DNA of 64,000 nucleotides from Methylophilus sp. (GTDB lineage: Bacteria; Pseudomonadota; Gammaproteobacteria; Burkholderiales; Methylophilaceae): contig DAOMMM010000001.1 of assembly GCA_035423825.1 (NCBI GenBank), forward strand, positions 359,516 to 423,515. Reading direction: 5' to 3'. The first letter of the stretch is position 1, and every line of letters begins with the position of its first letter. This document shows positions 51,756 to 61,335 of this stretch, piece after piece. The position numbers and the translations under genes are program-made. The notes under the pieces are model-generated. The model did no database searches. It saw only the letters and a list, made by a program, of their open reading frames with translations, and was not told where the DNA came from.

Positions 51756-52169
51756 GCTAACCCCTCGCCATATCTTAAACCCAATTTAAATCAGCATCGC
51801 CAAAAGGCGCATGCATATCGGTGCGCAGTGCATTCGTTTTGGCCTCGAATATTCATTGCTGAAGCCATCCGCCTGGAAAGCGTATGCAGATTGCCTTTCG
51901 GAGCATCGTTTTCCATAATGAACGCGCGCATGTGCGAAAATTGAATCTATGGCAGATGAGCGTAGCGTTATCCGCCGAAGACAGTTATTAGAAGAATTGT
52001 CGGAAAACGGTCTACTTACGCAAGGCACAAGATTTTTCTTGGTTTCGCCTTGAGCATGCTAGAAGTGATTACATCCACACTGGCCAATTTTCTGTCGCCA
52101 AGGATATTCTCGTGTTTGATTGGCTGTGTAGCCATGGTTATTTTGCACAGGTTTTTTCTAGAACATCAT

Positions 52170-52970
52170 TTATTTTTTTAGAACGCTTGGTACTAGTTCC
52201 GTACCGCCATCATTGCCTGCGCTCAAGTTGTCATAAAGGATCATGATGGATACGCGGCGGTTCTTTGCGCGGTCTTCTTCCGCGTCATTAGTGCTGACAG
52301 GCTGCGTTGCCCCGAATCCAAGCGCACTCAAGCGATTCTCTTCTACGCCAAAACTGCTTAACATTCTGACTACACTGCTTGCGCGGACTGCGGAAAGCTC
52401 CCAGTTGGAATAAAACTGAGCGCTATGTATCGGCGTATCATCGGTATGCCCTTCTACCTGAATGGCATGGTCGTCCTGCAGCAATAAGGCTGAAATTTGC
52501 TGCATTACATTGTTGGCGTCTTGGTTGATCTCTGCTGAGCCAGAGGCGAACAGAAGGCTATCTTTGATGTCGATGCGTATCCCTTTGTTGTTCTGCACTA
52601 CACGAATCTTCTCCTCTTTCACCAAGCTAGAAAGGCTATTGGATAAATTTATACCCAGTTTTGTCATCGATTCACGCTCGGCTTGCAGTCTTTGCTGATG
52701 CAATTGAGTCATCGGCAGAGGTTTCAGTACAGATTTATCGTTCTTGGTGGAGTTCTCCTGGATATGCAGCGGCTTGCTGGGTACCGGCGGTGTGTTGGTA
52801 AAGGCGCTATTGATCGACTCGGATAGCTTTTTGTATTTTTTCTGATTCACAGAGGAAATTGCATACATCACCACAAAGAAAGCAAACAGCAGCGTAATGA
52901 AATCTGCGTAGGATACAAGCCAACGTTCAGGGTTGTCGTGTTCCTCGAGTTCGCGTTTACGTCTGATCAT
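52170..52970 (-). CDS. motD: second stator, MotB/MotD-type
   Basis: ERWLVSYADFITLLFAFFVVMY; OmpA-like VEGHTD..NWELSAVRA..NRRVSI. Confidence 0.9.
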   Translation of the reverse strand: MIRRKRELEEHDNPERWLVSYADFITLLFAFFVVMYAISSVNQKKYKKLSESINSAFTNTPPVPSKPLHIQENSTKNDKSVLKPLPMTQLHQQRLQAERESMTKLGINLSNSLSSLVKEEKIRVVQNNKGIRIDIKDSLLFASGSAEINQDANNVMQQISALLLQDDHAIQVEGHTDDTPIHSAQFYSNWELSAVRASSVVRMLSSFGVEENRLSALGFGATQPVSTNDAEEDRAKNRRVSIMILYDNLSAGNDGGTELVPSVLKK

Positions 52971-52989
52971 TGTGATTTGTTTTAATCGG

Positions 52990-53730
52990 TTATCTTAAAT
53001 AAGAACGCAAGCGTTCCTCGATGATTTTTGGGTGATCGCCCCTGGCCATCGATACCCAGGCGTTCAGCAACATCTCACGCCGCATCAGTTCGTGCTGGAT
53101 ATGCGATTTAAGCTTGTTTGCGATCGGCAGAAAAACAAGGTTTGCCAAACCTACGCCATAGATGGTGGCGACAAATGCAACGGCGATTCCGCTACCCAAT
53201 AGTTCTGGGTCAGACAAGTTCTCCATGACGTGAATCAATCCTAACACTGCACCGAGAATGCCTATCGTAGGCGCATAGCCGCCGGCAGCATCCCAAATCT
53301 TTGCTGCATTGCGCTGTTCCATTTCGTAGAAGTGCATATCGATAGCACAGACTTCACGGATCTTTTCAGGAGGTGTCGCATCTGCAATCAATTGCAGGCC
53401 TTTGATCACATAGGGATCAGTCTCTCTAGTGATGAAGTTTTCCAGCGCCAACATACCTTCTTTGCGTACGACGGCCGCCCAGTAGCTAGCCCGCTTTGCC
53501 AATTCCTCACGGTCATCCACCGGGGGGTGCAGTATCAACTTTGACATGGTGACCCCTTGCAAAAAACTTTTAGGTTTTGTTTGCAACAGCACTGCACCAA
53601 GCGTGCCAAAGAACACAATAAAAAATGCGGCTGGCTGCAGGATAGAACCAATCCGGCCACCTTCTATTGCTTGCCCTAACAGGATACCTATCAGGGCAAG
53701 CAATATACCGCTTACACTACCCCAGTCCAT
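52990..53730 (-). CDS. motC: second stator, MotA/MotC-type (246 aa)
   Basis: EGMLALE, GGYAPTIGILGAVLGLI, FVATIYGV; start overlaps the fliA end by 19 nt. Confidence 0.9.
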   Translation of the reverse strand: MDWGSVSGILLALIGILLGQAIEGGRIGSILQPAAFFIVFFGTLGAVLLQTKPKSFLQGVTMSKLILHPPVDDREELAKRASYWAAVVRKEGMLALENFITRETDPYVIKGLQLIADATPPEKIREVCAIDMHFYEMEQRNAAKIWDAAGGYAPTIGILGAVLGLIHVMENLSDPELLGSGIAVAFVATIYGVGLANLVFLPIANKLKSHIQHELMRREMLLNAWVSMARGDHPKIIEERLRSYLR

Positions 53731-54449
53731 GATTGTTCCTTAAGTGCGGCACGTAATCTGGCAACCGCCTGGCTGTGTAGCTGGCATACTCTTGATTCCG
53801 ACACGTTCATGACTGCCCCGATTTCCTTGAGATTGAGCTCTTGCTCGTAGTACAAACCCATCAATATTTTTTCTCGCTCCGGAAGAGAATCAATGGCATC
53901 TACGAGAGCCTCTCTGAAATCACCTTCCAATAGGCCACGTATCGGGTCGCCCGAATCATCCTTCACGAATCGATCCAGGAAATGCTCGTTGCTGTTTTCC
54001 CCATCATGAAAGTCTTCGTAATAGACAAGCTGATGTCCACCACAGTCCTCTAGCATTTCATAATAATCTTCCAGCGACAAACCCAAGTGTTTTGCCACTT
54101 CGCTTTCGCTGGGCTGCCTTCCAAGTTTTTGTTCAAGCGCCGCTATCGCAGCCTCTACGTCGCGCATGTTCTTTCTCGCGCTTCGCGGCAACCAGTCGGC
54201 ACTGCGAAGTTCATCCAGCATTGCGCCGCGGATTCGCTGTGCAGCGTAGGTTTCGAACTGCGCGCCATGCGTATCTTCATATTTGTTGACTGCATCCAGC
54301 AAGCCCATCATGCCAGCCTGGACCAGGTCATCGATTTCGACACTGGGAGGAAGTTTGGCTTTTAGCTGGTAAGCCAGCCGCTTGACCAAGCCTGCATGTT
54401 GGCGCAATTGCACGTCTTTCTGGTCCATTTTTCCGTTTATCGTATACAT
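53712..54449 (-). CDS. fliA: sigma28
   Basis: DDLVQAGMMGLL, RIRGAMLDELR, SESRVCQLHSQA. Confidence 0.97.
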   Translation of the reverse strand: MYTINGKMDQKDVQLRQHAGLVKRLAYQLKAKLPPSVEIDDLVQAGMMGLLDAVNKYEDTHGAQFETYAAQRIRGAMLDELRSADWLPRSARKNMRDVEAAIAALEQKLGRQPSESEVAKHLGLSLEDYYEMLEDCGGHQLVYYEDFHDGENSNEHFLDRFVKDDSGDPIRGLLEGDFREALVDAIDSLPEREKILMGLYYEQELNLKEIGAVMNVSESRVCQLHSQAVARLRAALKEQSWTGVV

Positions 54450-54459
54450 GGTATGTTTC

Positions 54460-55290
54460 CTATATCAAGGATGCCAGTTCTGTTTCAGCATGATGGTTTT
54501 GTTGGTAGTCGATACGCTGGGCAAGCAAGTTGATAGCAATGGATGCTTTTGCCATAGGGAAGGCATCCGTTACTGCACGGCCCAGCTTCATCGCACGATG
54601 CAGATGTTCATCGGCTGGGATCGCGCCATAGAACTCCAGGTCAACCAGCAGGAAACGTCGTGCCGCCTGAGCGATGTTACGAAATACTGTGGCAGCTTGT
54701 GCGTCGCTGCAGGCATCTACGACGATGCCGAAGTTTCTTCTTCCATGCTGACTGCAGATCTGTTTGATCAGCATATATGCGTGTTTGATCGATTCGACAT
54801 CCTTAGTGAGCCTAATTAATATCTCACCCTCATTAAAGGCATGAAGTGGTAAAACATATTGTTTTGTCAACATTGTGTCGACCAGAACAACCTCATAATG
54901 AGCGGCTAGTTTATTGAATATTGTGTTTAATGAGTTCTCGAGCTGATTATTCAGTGCCGTTAATGTGCTGTTCTTAGGCAGTAACCGCGCTGTATAAAAT
55001 CCCAGTGCAGTATGCTTGACGGCCTGAGCTAGGGCAGATTTCTTGTTCGCAACGTCTGCCAGGGCCGGCAATGCGGCAGTGCCGTAACTTCTTGTTGCTT
55101 CGGGTGAGTCTTCTGCAGCCTGCAAAATCAGCACATCACGTCCGCGGCTGCTCATCTGGGCGGCAAGATTCGTCAAAAGACATGGCTGATTCTCAGACAT
55201 GGAAACTGACAGAACAGATACCACCCTTGTCTTGCTTTCGGCCATGATCCGCCTCAAGCCAGCAGCCTGATCGTTATGAAAATTAAGCAT
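54460..55290 (-). CDS. flhG: FlhG/FleN-like MinD-family protein with degenerate P-loop
   Basis: N-terminal DQAAGLR helix; ESIKHAYMLIK; GAIPAD; between flhF and fliA; no KGGxGK. Confidence 0.8.
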   Translation of the reverse strand: MLNFHNDQAAGLRRIMAESKTRVVSVLSVSMSENQPCLLTNLAAQMSSRGRDVLILQAAEDSPEATRSYGTAALPALADVANKKSALAQAVKHTALGFYTARLLPKNSTLTALNNQLENSLNTIFNKLAAHYEVVLVDTMLTKQYVLPLHAFNEGEILIRLTKDVESIKHAYMLIKQICSQHGRRNFGIVVDACSDAQAATVFRNIAQAARRFLLVDLEFYGAIPADEHLHRAMKLGRAVTDAFPMAKASIAINLLAQRIDYQQNHHAETELASLI

Positions 55291-56623
55291 GTTCTAGCTC
55301 CAGCTGTGTAGGCTTGCTAGATGTGCCAGAGGTTTGGCCCATGACAAACGGCAAATCCTCGTTACTGAACTGGAAGGGGCTATTCTTCGCAGCGCCAAGC
55401 GAGAATGCGCGGCTGATGATGTCCTGCTTGTTGGCAACGTTGATATCTTCTGGAACGCGTTGACCATCGGCGACATAATAAAGTTTGAGTTTCTCACGGA
55501 TAATCACATCTAGGACGTTTCCGATGGTGATGGCTTCATCGGTTTTGGTCATGATGCAGCCGTCCAGATTGCGGCCTTTGTATGCTTGAACTACATCAAT
55601 CAGTGTATCGCCTGTGTTGGTTGCATTCAGGCATAACAGTTTTTTGATATTGGCACTTGCCCCAGACAGCATCGCAATCTGCTCAGAGACCATGCGATCG
55701 CGCTGGCTGACGCCCACCGTGTCGATAAGAATCGTGTGCTTGTTCTTAAGCTCTTTGAGCGCAATTTGCAGGTCGGCTTCATCTTTTACCGTATGCACCA
55801 TGACGCCTAAAATCTTGCCATAGATTCTCAATTGTTCATGACCGCCGATACGATATGCATCTGTTGTGATCAGGCCCAGTTTTTCAGTACCATGTTTCAT
55901 CACATATCGAGCGGCAAGTTTTGCCGTGGTGGTGGTTTTGCCAACCCCTGTCGGGCCAATCAGGGCGAACACACCGCCCTGGTCGAGTAGCTCGTCTTCT
56001 TTTTCAATAGTGTTCAGGTTGTTGGTCAACACAGTTTGTGCCCATTTCAAAGCCGCATTTTCTTCCGTTTTTTCCGGCAGGTTTTCTGCTAGGTATTTAG
56101 ACAATGCTGCACTGAATCCGGCTGACAGAAGCTTTCCAAGCACTTTTGACCTGATGGGGTTGCGATGCTGGTTTGCAGCCCAGGAGATTTCGGTTAGTTG
56201 TGATTCAATGACTGCACGCATGTTGCGGATTTCTTGCATCATGTTCGCGATTTGCGCGCTAGCATCAGCTGATACTGATGTGCTTTGTTTTTGCGCAGCA
56301 ATGTTGATTGGATAGTCGTCCTCAAGCTGGCTGGCAGGGTATGCTTCAGCGATGTTGATTGGAGCCTGCTCGGATTGTTTGCGCTTTCTGAACAATGCTT
56401 CCAAGGATGTGGATCGTGCGTCTTCGATGGCATCTTCACCCACGTCGCTATCGGGTATATTGTAACGAGGAATCGTGTCGATGTCGTCTTCACGGAATGC
56501 CATGATTTCATTTCCACCCTCTACGGCGCGGTTGGACAAAATCACTGCGTCATCCCCCAAAGCTTCGCGTACTTGAGCTAAAGCAGCTTTGGAATTTTTT
56601 CCGAAGAATCGTTTGATGTTCAT
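55283..56623 (-). CDS. flhF: SRP-family GTPase
   Basis: MNIKRF, GPTGVGKTTT, DTVG, TKTDE. Confidence 0.95.
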   Translation of the reverse strand: MNIKRFFGKNSKAALAQVREALGDDAVILSNRAVEGGNEIMAFREDDIDTIPRYNIPDSDVGEDAIEDARSTSLEALFRKRKQSEQAPINIAEAYPASQLEDDYPINIAAQKQSTSVSADASAQIANMMQEIRNMRAVIESQLTEISWAANQHRNPIRSKVLGKLLSAGFSAALSKYLAENLPEKTEENAALKWAQTVLTNNLNTIEKEDELLDQGGVFALIGPTGVGKTTTTAKLAARYVMKHGTEKLGLITTDAYRIGGHEQLRIYGKILGVMVHTVKDEADLQIALKELKNKHTILIDTVGVSQRDRMVSEQIAMLSGASANIKKLLCLNATNTGDTLIDVVQAYKGRNLDGCIMTKTDEAITIGNVLDVIIREKLKLYYVADGQRVPEDINVANKQDIISRAFSLGAAKNSPFQFSNEDLPFVMGQTSGTSSKPTQLELEHA

Positions 56624-58701
56624 ACTTGACCTCCAATTAGGTTAGTTACTCGTATTGTTTTTGAATCAGGTAGTTCGTCGTGTGATAGCACGCGTAGGCG
56701 TGGTACAGCACGGCGCAGGAATTTCGATAGTGCGGCTCGGATGGGGGCCGGAACGAGCAATACGGGGGACATCCCCATTTGTTCTTGTTGGTGTGCGATC
56801 ATTTCGGCCTGTCTGGACAGTGTTTCTGCAAGGCTAGGTTCTATCGCGGTGCCGTTTGCATTGTTTGATTGCGTGGCTTGCAGCAGGATACGCTCAAGGT
56901 TATTGTCCAGAGCAATCACGGAAATCTCGTTGCCCACCGGGAACAATTGCTGCACGATCGCACGGCCTAGCTGGATGCGTACAAGTGCAGTCAACTCGCT
57001 GGGGTTTTGTGTATTGACAGCATGTTCCGACAAAGTCTCTACGATAGTGCGCATATCTCGGATGTGCACGCCTTCACTCAGCAGATTTTGCAAGACCTTC
57101 TGAACTACTGATAGTGACAATAGTTTGGGAACCAAATCCTCAGCCAGTTTGGGTGATTCCTTAGTTATATGATCTAACAGGGATTGCACTTCCTCACGAC
57201 CCAGCAAATCTGCTGCATGCATGGAGATCACATGGTTCAAGTGTGTGGCGATGACTGTGCCAGCATCGACAACAGTGTAACCAGCCATTTGCGCATGGTC
57301 GCGCGAGGCCGCATCAATCCATACAGCTGGCAAGCCAAACGCTGGGTCAGTGGTTTGTTGCCCAGGTAGCGCTTCAGTCACCATCCCTGGGTTGATGGCA
57401 AGGAATTGACCGAAGTTGGATTCGCCGCTGGCGATCTCGACACCTTTCAGCGTGATGCGATATCCGGAAGGTCTTAATTCCAGATTGTCGCGGATATGCA
57501 CGGTGGGAGCAAGGAAGCCCACTTCTTGTGCAAATTTCTTGCGTAAGCCTTTGATGCGCTTGAGCAAATCACCCCCCTGTGATTTATCGACCAACGGGAT
57601 TAGGCGGTAGCCAACTTCAAGACCAATAATATCCACTGGAACAACATCTTCCCAACTGGCCTCTTCTGCCTCAGCCACGATAGCAGGAGGCTCTTCGACC
57701 TCAGGCTCTTCGCCAGATTTCTTCTGCTCACTAATGATATATGCAGCACCTGCCAAGATGGCGGCAAGCATCAGGAACGCAAAGTGTGGCATGCCCGGAA
57801 TAGCCCCCATGCTGCCAATAATCCCGGCTGTGACATAGATTACTTTGGGGTTAGAGAATAACTGGGTAATCAACTGGCCGCCGATGTCTTCGCTGTTGGC
57901 GACGCGTGATACCACCACACCGGCCGCGATAGAGATAATCAAGGATGGTATTTGGGCGACAAGGCCGTCACCAATCGCCAGTAAAGTATAATTCTTCACG
58001 GCATCCGTGAAGGCCAGGTCGTGCTGCAATATACCTACGATAAGGCCGCCAATCACGTTGATTACAATAACCAAGATGCCGGCAATCGCATCGCCGCGTA
58101 CATATTTGCTTGCGCCATCCATTGCACCATAGAATTCCGATTCCTGGCTCACTTCAGCGCGGCGGCGGCGTGCTTCGTCCTCACCGATCAGGCCTGCGTT
58201 CAGGTCAGCATCGATAGCCATTTGTTTTCCTGGCATTGCATCTAAAGTGAAACGCGCACCGACTTCTGCGATACGACCAGCGCCCTTGGTCACCACTGTA
58301 AAGTTGATAATGGTGAGGATAATAAATACCACTAGGCCGACAGTGTAGTTGCCGCCAATCAAGAAGTGGCCGAATGCTTCGATTACTTTACCTGCGGCAT
58401 CGGGACCAGTGTGTCCTTCAGTCAATACCACTCGCGTAGATGCCACGTTAAGCGATAGACGCAGCATCGTAGTAACCAGCAACACCGTGGGAAAGGCGAT
58501 GAAATCCAAGGCCTTTTTGGTCTGTAGCCCAACAAGCAACACCAGGATTGATAGGGCGATATTAAAACTAAACAAGACATCCAGCGCGACCGCCGGCAAA
58601 GGCAATATCATCATGGACAGCAGCATGATGATGATGAGTGGCGCGGCGATTGCGCTGCCGTTCATACCGTTTAACCACGTTGGGAGCTTAAGTGTATTCA
58701 T
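56620..58701 (-). CDS. flhA: export gate protein
   Basis: RIAEVGARFTLDAMPGKQMAIDADL, FYGAMDGASKYVRGDA. Confidence 0.98.
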   Translation of the reverse strand: MNTLKLPTWLNGMNGSAIAAPLIIIMLLSMMILPLPAVALDVLFSFNIALSILVLLVGLQTKKALDFIAFPTVLLVTTMLRLSLNVASTRVVLTEGHTGPDAAGKVIEAFGHFLIGGNYTVGLVVFIILTIINFTVVTKGAGRIAEVGARFTLDAMPGKQMAIDADLNAGLIGEDEARRRRAEVSQESEFYGAMDGASKYVRGDAIAGILVIVINVIGGLIVGILQHDLAFTDAVKNYTLLAIGDGLVAQIPSLIISIAAGVVVSRVANSEDIGGQLITQLFSNPKVIYVTAGIIGSMGAIPGMPHFAFLMLAAILAGAAYIISEQKKSGEEPEVEEPPAIVAEAEEASWEDVVPVDIIGLEVGYRLIPLVDKSQGGDLLKRIKGLRKKFAQEVGFLAPTVHIRDNLELRPSGYRITLKGVEIASGESNFGQFLAINPGMVTEALPGQQTTDPAFGLPAVWIDAASRDHAQMAGYTVVDAGTVIATHLNHVISMHAADLLGREEVQSLLDHITKESPKLAEDLVPKLLSLSVVQKVLQNLLSEGVHIRDMRTIVETLSEHAVNTQNPSELTALVRIQLGRAIVQQLFPVGNEISVIALDNNLERILLQATQSNNANGTAIEPSLAETLSRQAEMIAHQQEQMGMSPVLLVPAPIRAALSKFLRRAVPRLRVLSHDELPDSKTIRVTNLIGGQV

Positions 58702-59876
58702 CAGGCAAATACCTCAGGCTCAGCCGCGCTGGCGGCAGGCAAAAGACTATGTGGGTCAAGTGCCTCCGGCACCGGTAGCACGGTAGGCATTTCTGGGCGG
58801 AAGCCGCCTTCACGTTTAAATACACGCATCTGGAATACATAGGCCAAGACTTCGGCGACGGCAGCATATAATGCCTCTGGAATCTCGTCACCCAGCTCTG
58901 TATGTGCGAACAGCGCACGAGCCAGCTTTGGGGCTTCCATCGTTAACACATGATGTTCTGCGGCAATCTCACGAATCTTTAATGCAACGGCATCTGCGCC
59001 TTTGGCGACCACTACAGGCGCACGCATGCTGTCATCCTTGTATTTAATTGCTACGGCGTAGTGGGTAGGGTTGGTGATCACCACATCCGCATTAGGAATC
59101 TCAGCCATCATCCGGCGTCTGGCGATTTCGCGTTGCTGCTGGCGGATGCGCGCCTTGATTTGTGGATTACCTTCCAGTTCCTTAGCTTCCTGACGGACTT
59201 CTTCTTTTGTCATTTTCAGTTTGTTCGCATACTGATATAGCTGGTAAGGCACATCAATGGCAGCGATCAGTACTAGTGCTCCAACGATAGATAAAAAGCC
59301 CATCAGCATCAAATCGCTAACATGTGAAATGGCCTGATGGACGGACTGGGTGGACAAAGAGAGAATCGGATCCAAATCATGAGCGATGACAATGTAAGCC
59401 ACAAAACCAACAACAAACGCTTTAATGATCGATTTGATTAATTCGACGGCTGTGTTCTTGGATACTAGGTTGCCTATTCCTTTAATAGGGTTGAGCCTGC
59501 CAAACTTTGGCATCAAGGCTTTACCACTAAATATCCAGCCACCGATAAGTGCAGGAGAGGCTATCGCTACAACAATTAGGAGTAATGCGAGAGGGGCAAA
59601 AGCAATCAATAGCTCAGAGATAGAGTCGGATATTCTTGTGAGCAAATAGGCAGAATCGAAGGCTGCTGTACGATTAAAACTGAGACCAGTGCTTAACGAT
59701 GTTTTCAAGGAGTCGTTCAAATAGCTACCCATTGCCAATAGTCCCATGCCTGATGCAAGCAGCATGGTTACTGTAGCAAGCTCTCTCGAGCGTGGAACAT
59801 CACCTTCCTCGCGCGCCTTCTCCAGGCGCTTGGGCGAGGCCGGTTCAGTTCTTTCTAAATCGCTTTCTTCAGCCAT
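58701..59876 (-). CDS. flhB: export switch protein
   Basis: ERTEPASPKRL, NPTH autocleavage site, APVVVAKG. Confidence 0.97.
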   Translation of the reverse strand: MAEESDLERTEPASPKRLEKAREEGDVPRSRELATVTMLLASGMGLLAMGSYLNDSLKTSLSTGLSFNRTAAFDSAYLLTRISDSISELLIAFAPLALLLIVVAIASPALIGGWIFSGKALMPKFGRLNPIKGIGNLVSKNTAVELIKSIIKAFVVGFVAYIVIAHDLDPILSLSTQSVHQAISHVSDLMLMGFLSIVGALVLIAAIDVPYQLYQYANKLKMTKEEVRQEAKELEGNPQIKARIRQQQREIARRRMMAEIPNADVVITNPTHYAVAIKYKDDSMRAPVVVAKGADAVALKIREIAAEHHVLTMEAPKLARALFAHTELGDEIPEALYAAVAEVLAYVFQMRVFKREGGFRPEMPTVLPVPEALDPHSLLPAASAAEPEVFA

Positions 59877-59959
59877 ATTGATTCCGGGTTAGTCGATAAA
59901 AAATCTGGTACTTGTTTCTGATGGTGTGATTATTCAGGGTGGCAAGTGAAAATCATCTC

Positions 59960-59990
59960 AAGAATAAAAGGGTGAAAACCTTGCTTTCTT
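59960..59990. promoter_or_regulatory. candidate FlhDC box upstream of flhB
   Basis: Minus strand AGAAAGC-N16-TATTCT. Confidence 0.5.
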
Positions 59991-60105
59991 TATATAGCTA
60001 GCTGTAGAAACGTTAAAAAAACAGGATTTTTAAAAATATTTATATTAATTTCTTATTAATAAACAATCTATTACAGATAAATTTCTAATTTTTTTAGAAA
60101 AATCC

Positions 60106-60132
60106 TAAAGTTTTTTTAAACAGTGACGTTAG
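60106..60132 (+). promoter_or_regulatory. weak sigma28-like promoter upstream of flhD
   Basis: TAAA-N15-GACGTTAG. Confidence 0.35.
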
Positions 60133-60245
60133 CGGTATATCGATTACTGTTTATACAAAGGTAAACATGATTTAAAGGAAGTACAACGCAGCGCCGAAAG
60201 GCATGCAAAACGGCTAATAAACAAGCTTTTATATCTTATATTCTG

Positions 60246-60286
60246 GGCTCATGTAGGTGTTTGTAGGACAAACACCTACATGAGCC
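60246..60286. repeat. perfect 19-bp inverted repeat containing TGTAGG/CCTACA boxes
   Basis: GGCTCATGTAGGTGTTTGT-AGG-ACAAACACCTACATGAGCC. Confidence 0.9.
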
Positions 60287-60413
60287 TGTCCGCTCGTCCT
60301 ACACAAAAAACCGACAAATCCCAATATTTTGTTTTGCTTAAAAAGCTCAAAGTACGACTCACACGAGTAGCGCATTATTAACGAGTTTTTTAGCAGATAT
60401 TTAGGGGTGAAAA

Positions 60414-60719
60414 ATGAATGAAAACGAAATGATGTCGGAAATCAGAGATGCCAATCTGAATTATTTGATGCTCGCACAACAAATGATTCGCGCAGACAAA
60501 GCTACTGCTATCTTCCGCTTGGGCATCAGCAAAGATATTGCTGACCTGCTTGAAGGCCTGAGCAATCTTCAGATTCTCAAACTGGCTAGCAACAACATGA
60601 TGTTGGCTCGTTTCCGTTTTGAAGATGGTGCGATTCTGAGCATGTTGACTGACTACACCAAAGATCGCGCATTGGCGAACTCACATACTGCAATCTTGTT
60701 GTCTGGGCAGGAAGCTTAA
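60414..60719 (+). CDS. flhD: flagellar master regulator subunit
   Basis: EIRDANLNYLMLAQQMIRADKATAIFRLGI, LARFRF. Confidence 0.95.
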   Translation: MNENEMMSEIRDANLNYLMLAQQMIRADKATAIFRLGISKDIADLLEGLSNLQILKLASNNMMLARFRFEDGAILSMLTDYTKDRALANSHTAILLSGQEA

Positions 60720-60755
60720 TAACAGCTGGATTTTGGATATAAAAAGGGAAAAATC

Positions 60756-61325
60756 ATGGAAAAGGCAAACGTTAAGAAAAGTGTTGTAGCTGAGGCAGAA
60801 CAGATTCAGCTGGCGATTCAAATGATTAAATTGGGTGCAAGATTACAGTTGCTGGAAGCACAAACGAGTTTGTCACGCGAGCGCTTGATCAAACTATACA
60901 AAGAGCTAAAAGGCGTGTCGCCACCTAAAGGTATGCTGCCATTCTCTACTGACTGGTTCCTGACTTGGCAACCTAATATTCATTCTTCTATTTTTATGAA
61001 TATATACAATTACCTGGTTGAGCATGCGGATGTAAAGGACATCACTGCAATCATCAAAGCCTACAGCTTATACTTGCAGCAAATCGGCCATGATTCTGAT
61101 GACGAACCAGTTCTATCCATGACGCGCGCCTGGACGTTGGTACGCTTCATCGAGAGCAAAATGTTGAAACTGCATACCTGCAGCTGCTGTGGCGGCAAAT
61201 TCGTGGTCAATGCGTATGACTTGAACCAGAATTACTATTGCAACTTATGCCATATTCCATCTCGCGCTGGTAAAACCAAAAAAGCTAAAGAGATGACTTA
61301 TAAGATGGTAACGGTAGCAGCTTAA
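60756..61325 (+). CDS. flhC: flagellar master regulator subunit
   Basis: LGARLQLLE, PPKGMLPFSTDWF, zinc finger CSCC...CNLC. Confidence 0.96.
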   Translation: MEKANVKKSVVAEAEQIQLAIQMIKLGARLQLLEAQTSLSRERLIKLYKELKGVSPPKGMLPFSTDWFLTWQPNIHSSIFMNIYNYLVEHADVKDITAIIKAYSLYLQQIGHDSDDEPVLSMTRAWTLVRFIESKMLKLHTCSCCGGKFVVNAYDLNQNYYCNLCHIPSRAGKTKKAKEMTYKMVTVAA

Positions 61326-61335
61326 ACTATGTATC

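Noticed and set aside
52016-52135. 39-aa minus-strand ORF MATQPIKHENILGDRKLASVDVITSSMLKAKPRKILCLA after motD, and the 80-aa ORF 51786-52028
   Set aside because: No RBS and no recognisable family.
60187-60206. GCC-GAAA-GGC hairpin with a flanking GCAAA upstream of flhD, suggestive of a c-di-GMP riboswitch
   Set aside because: The stem is only 3 bp and the required P1/P3 elements are not visible.
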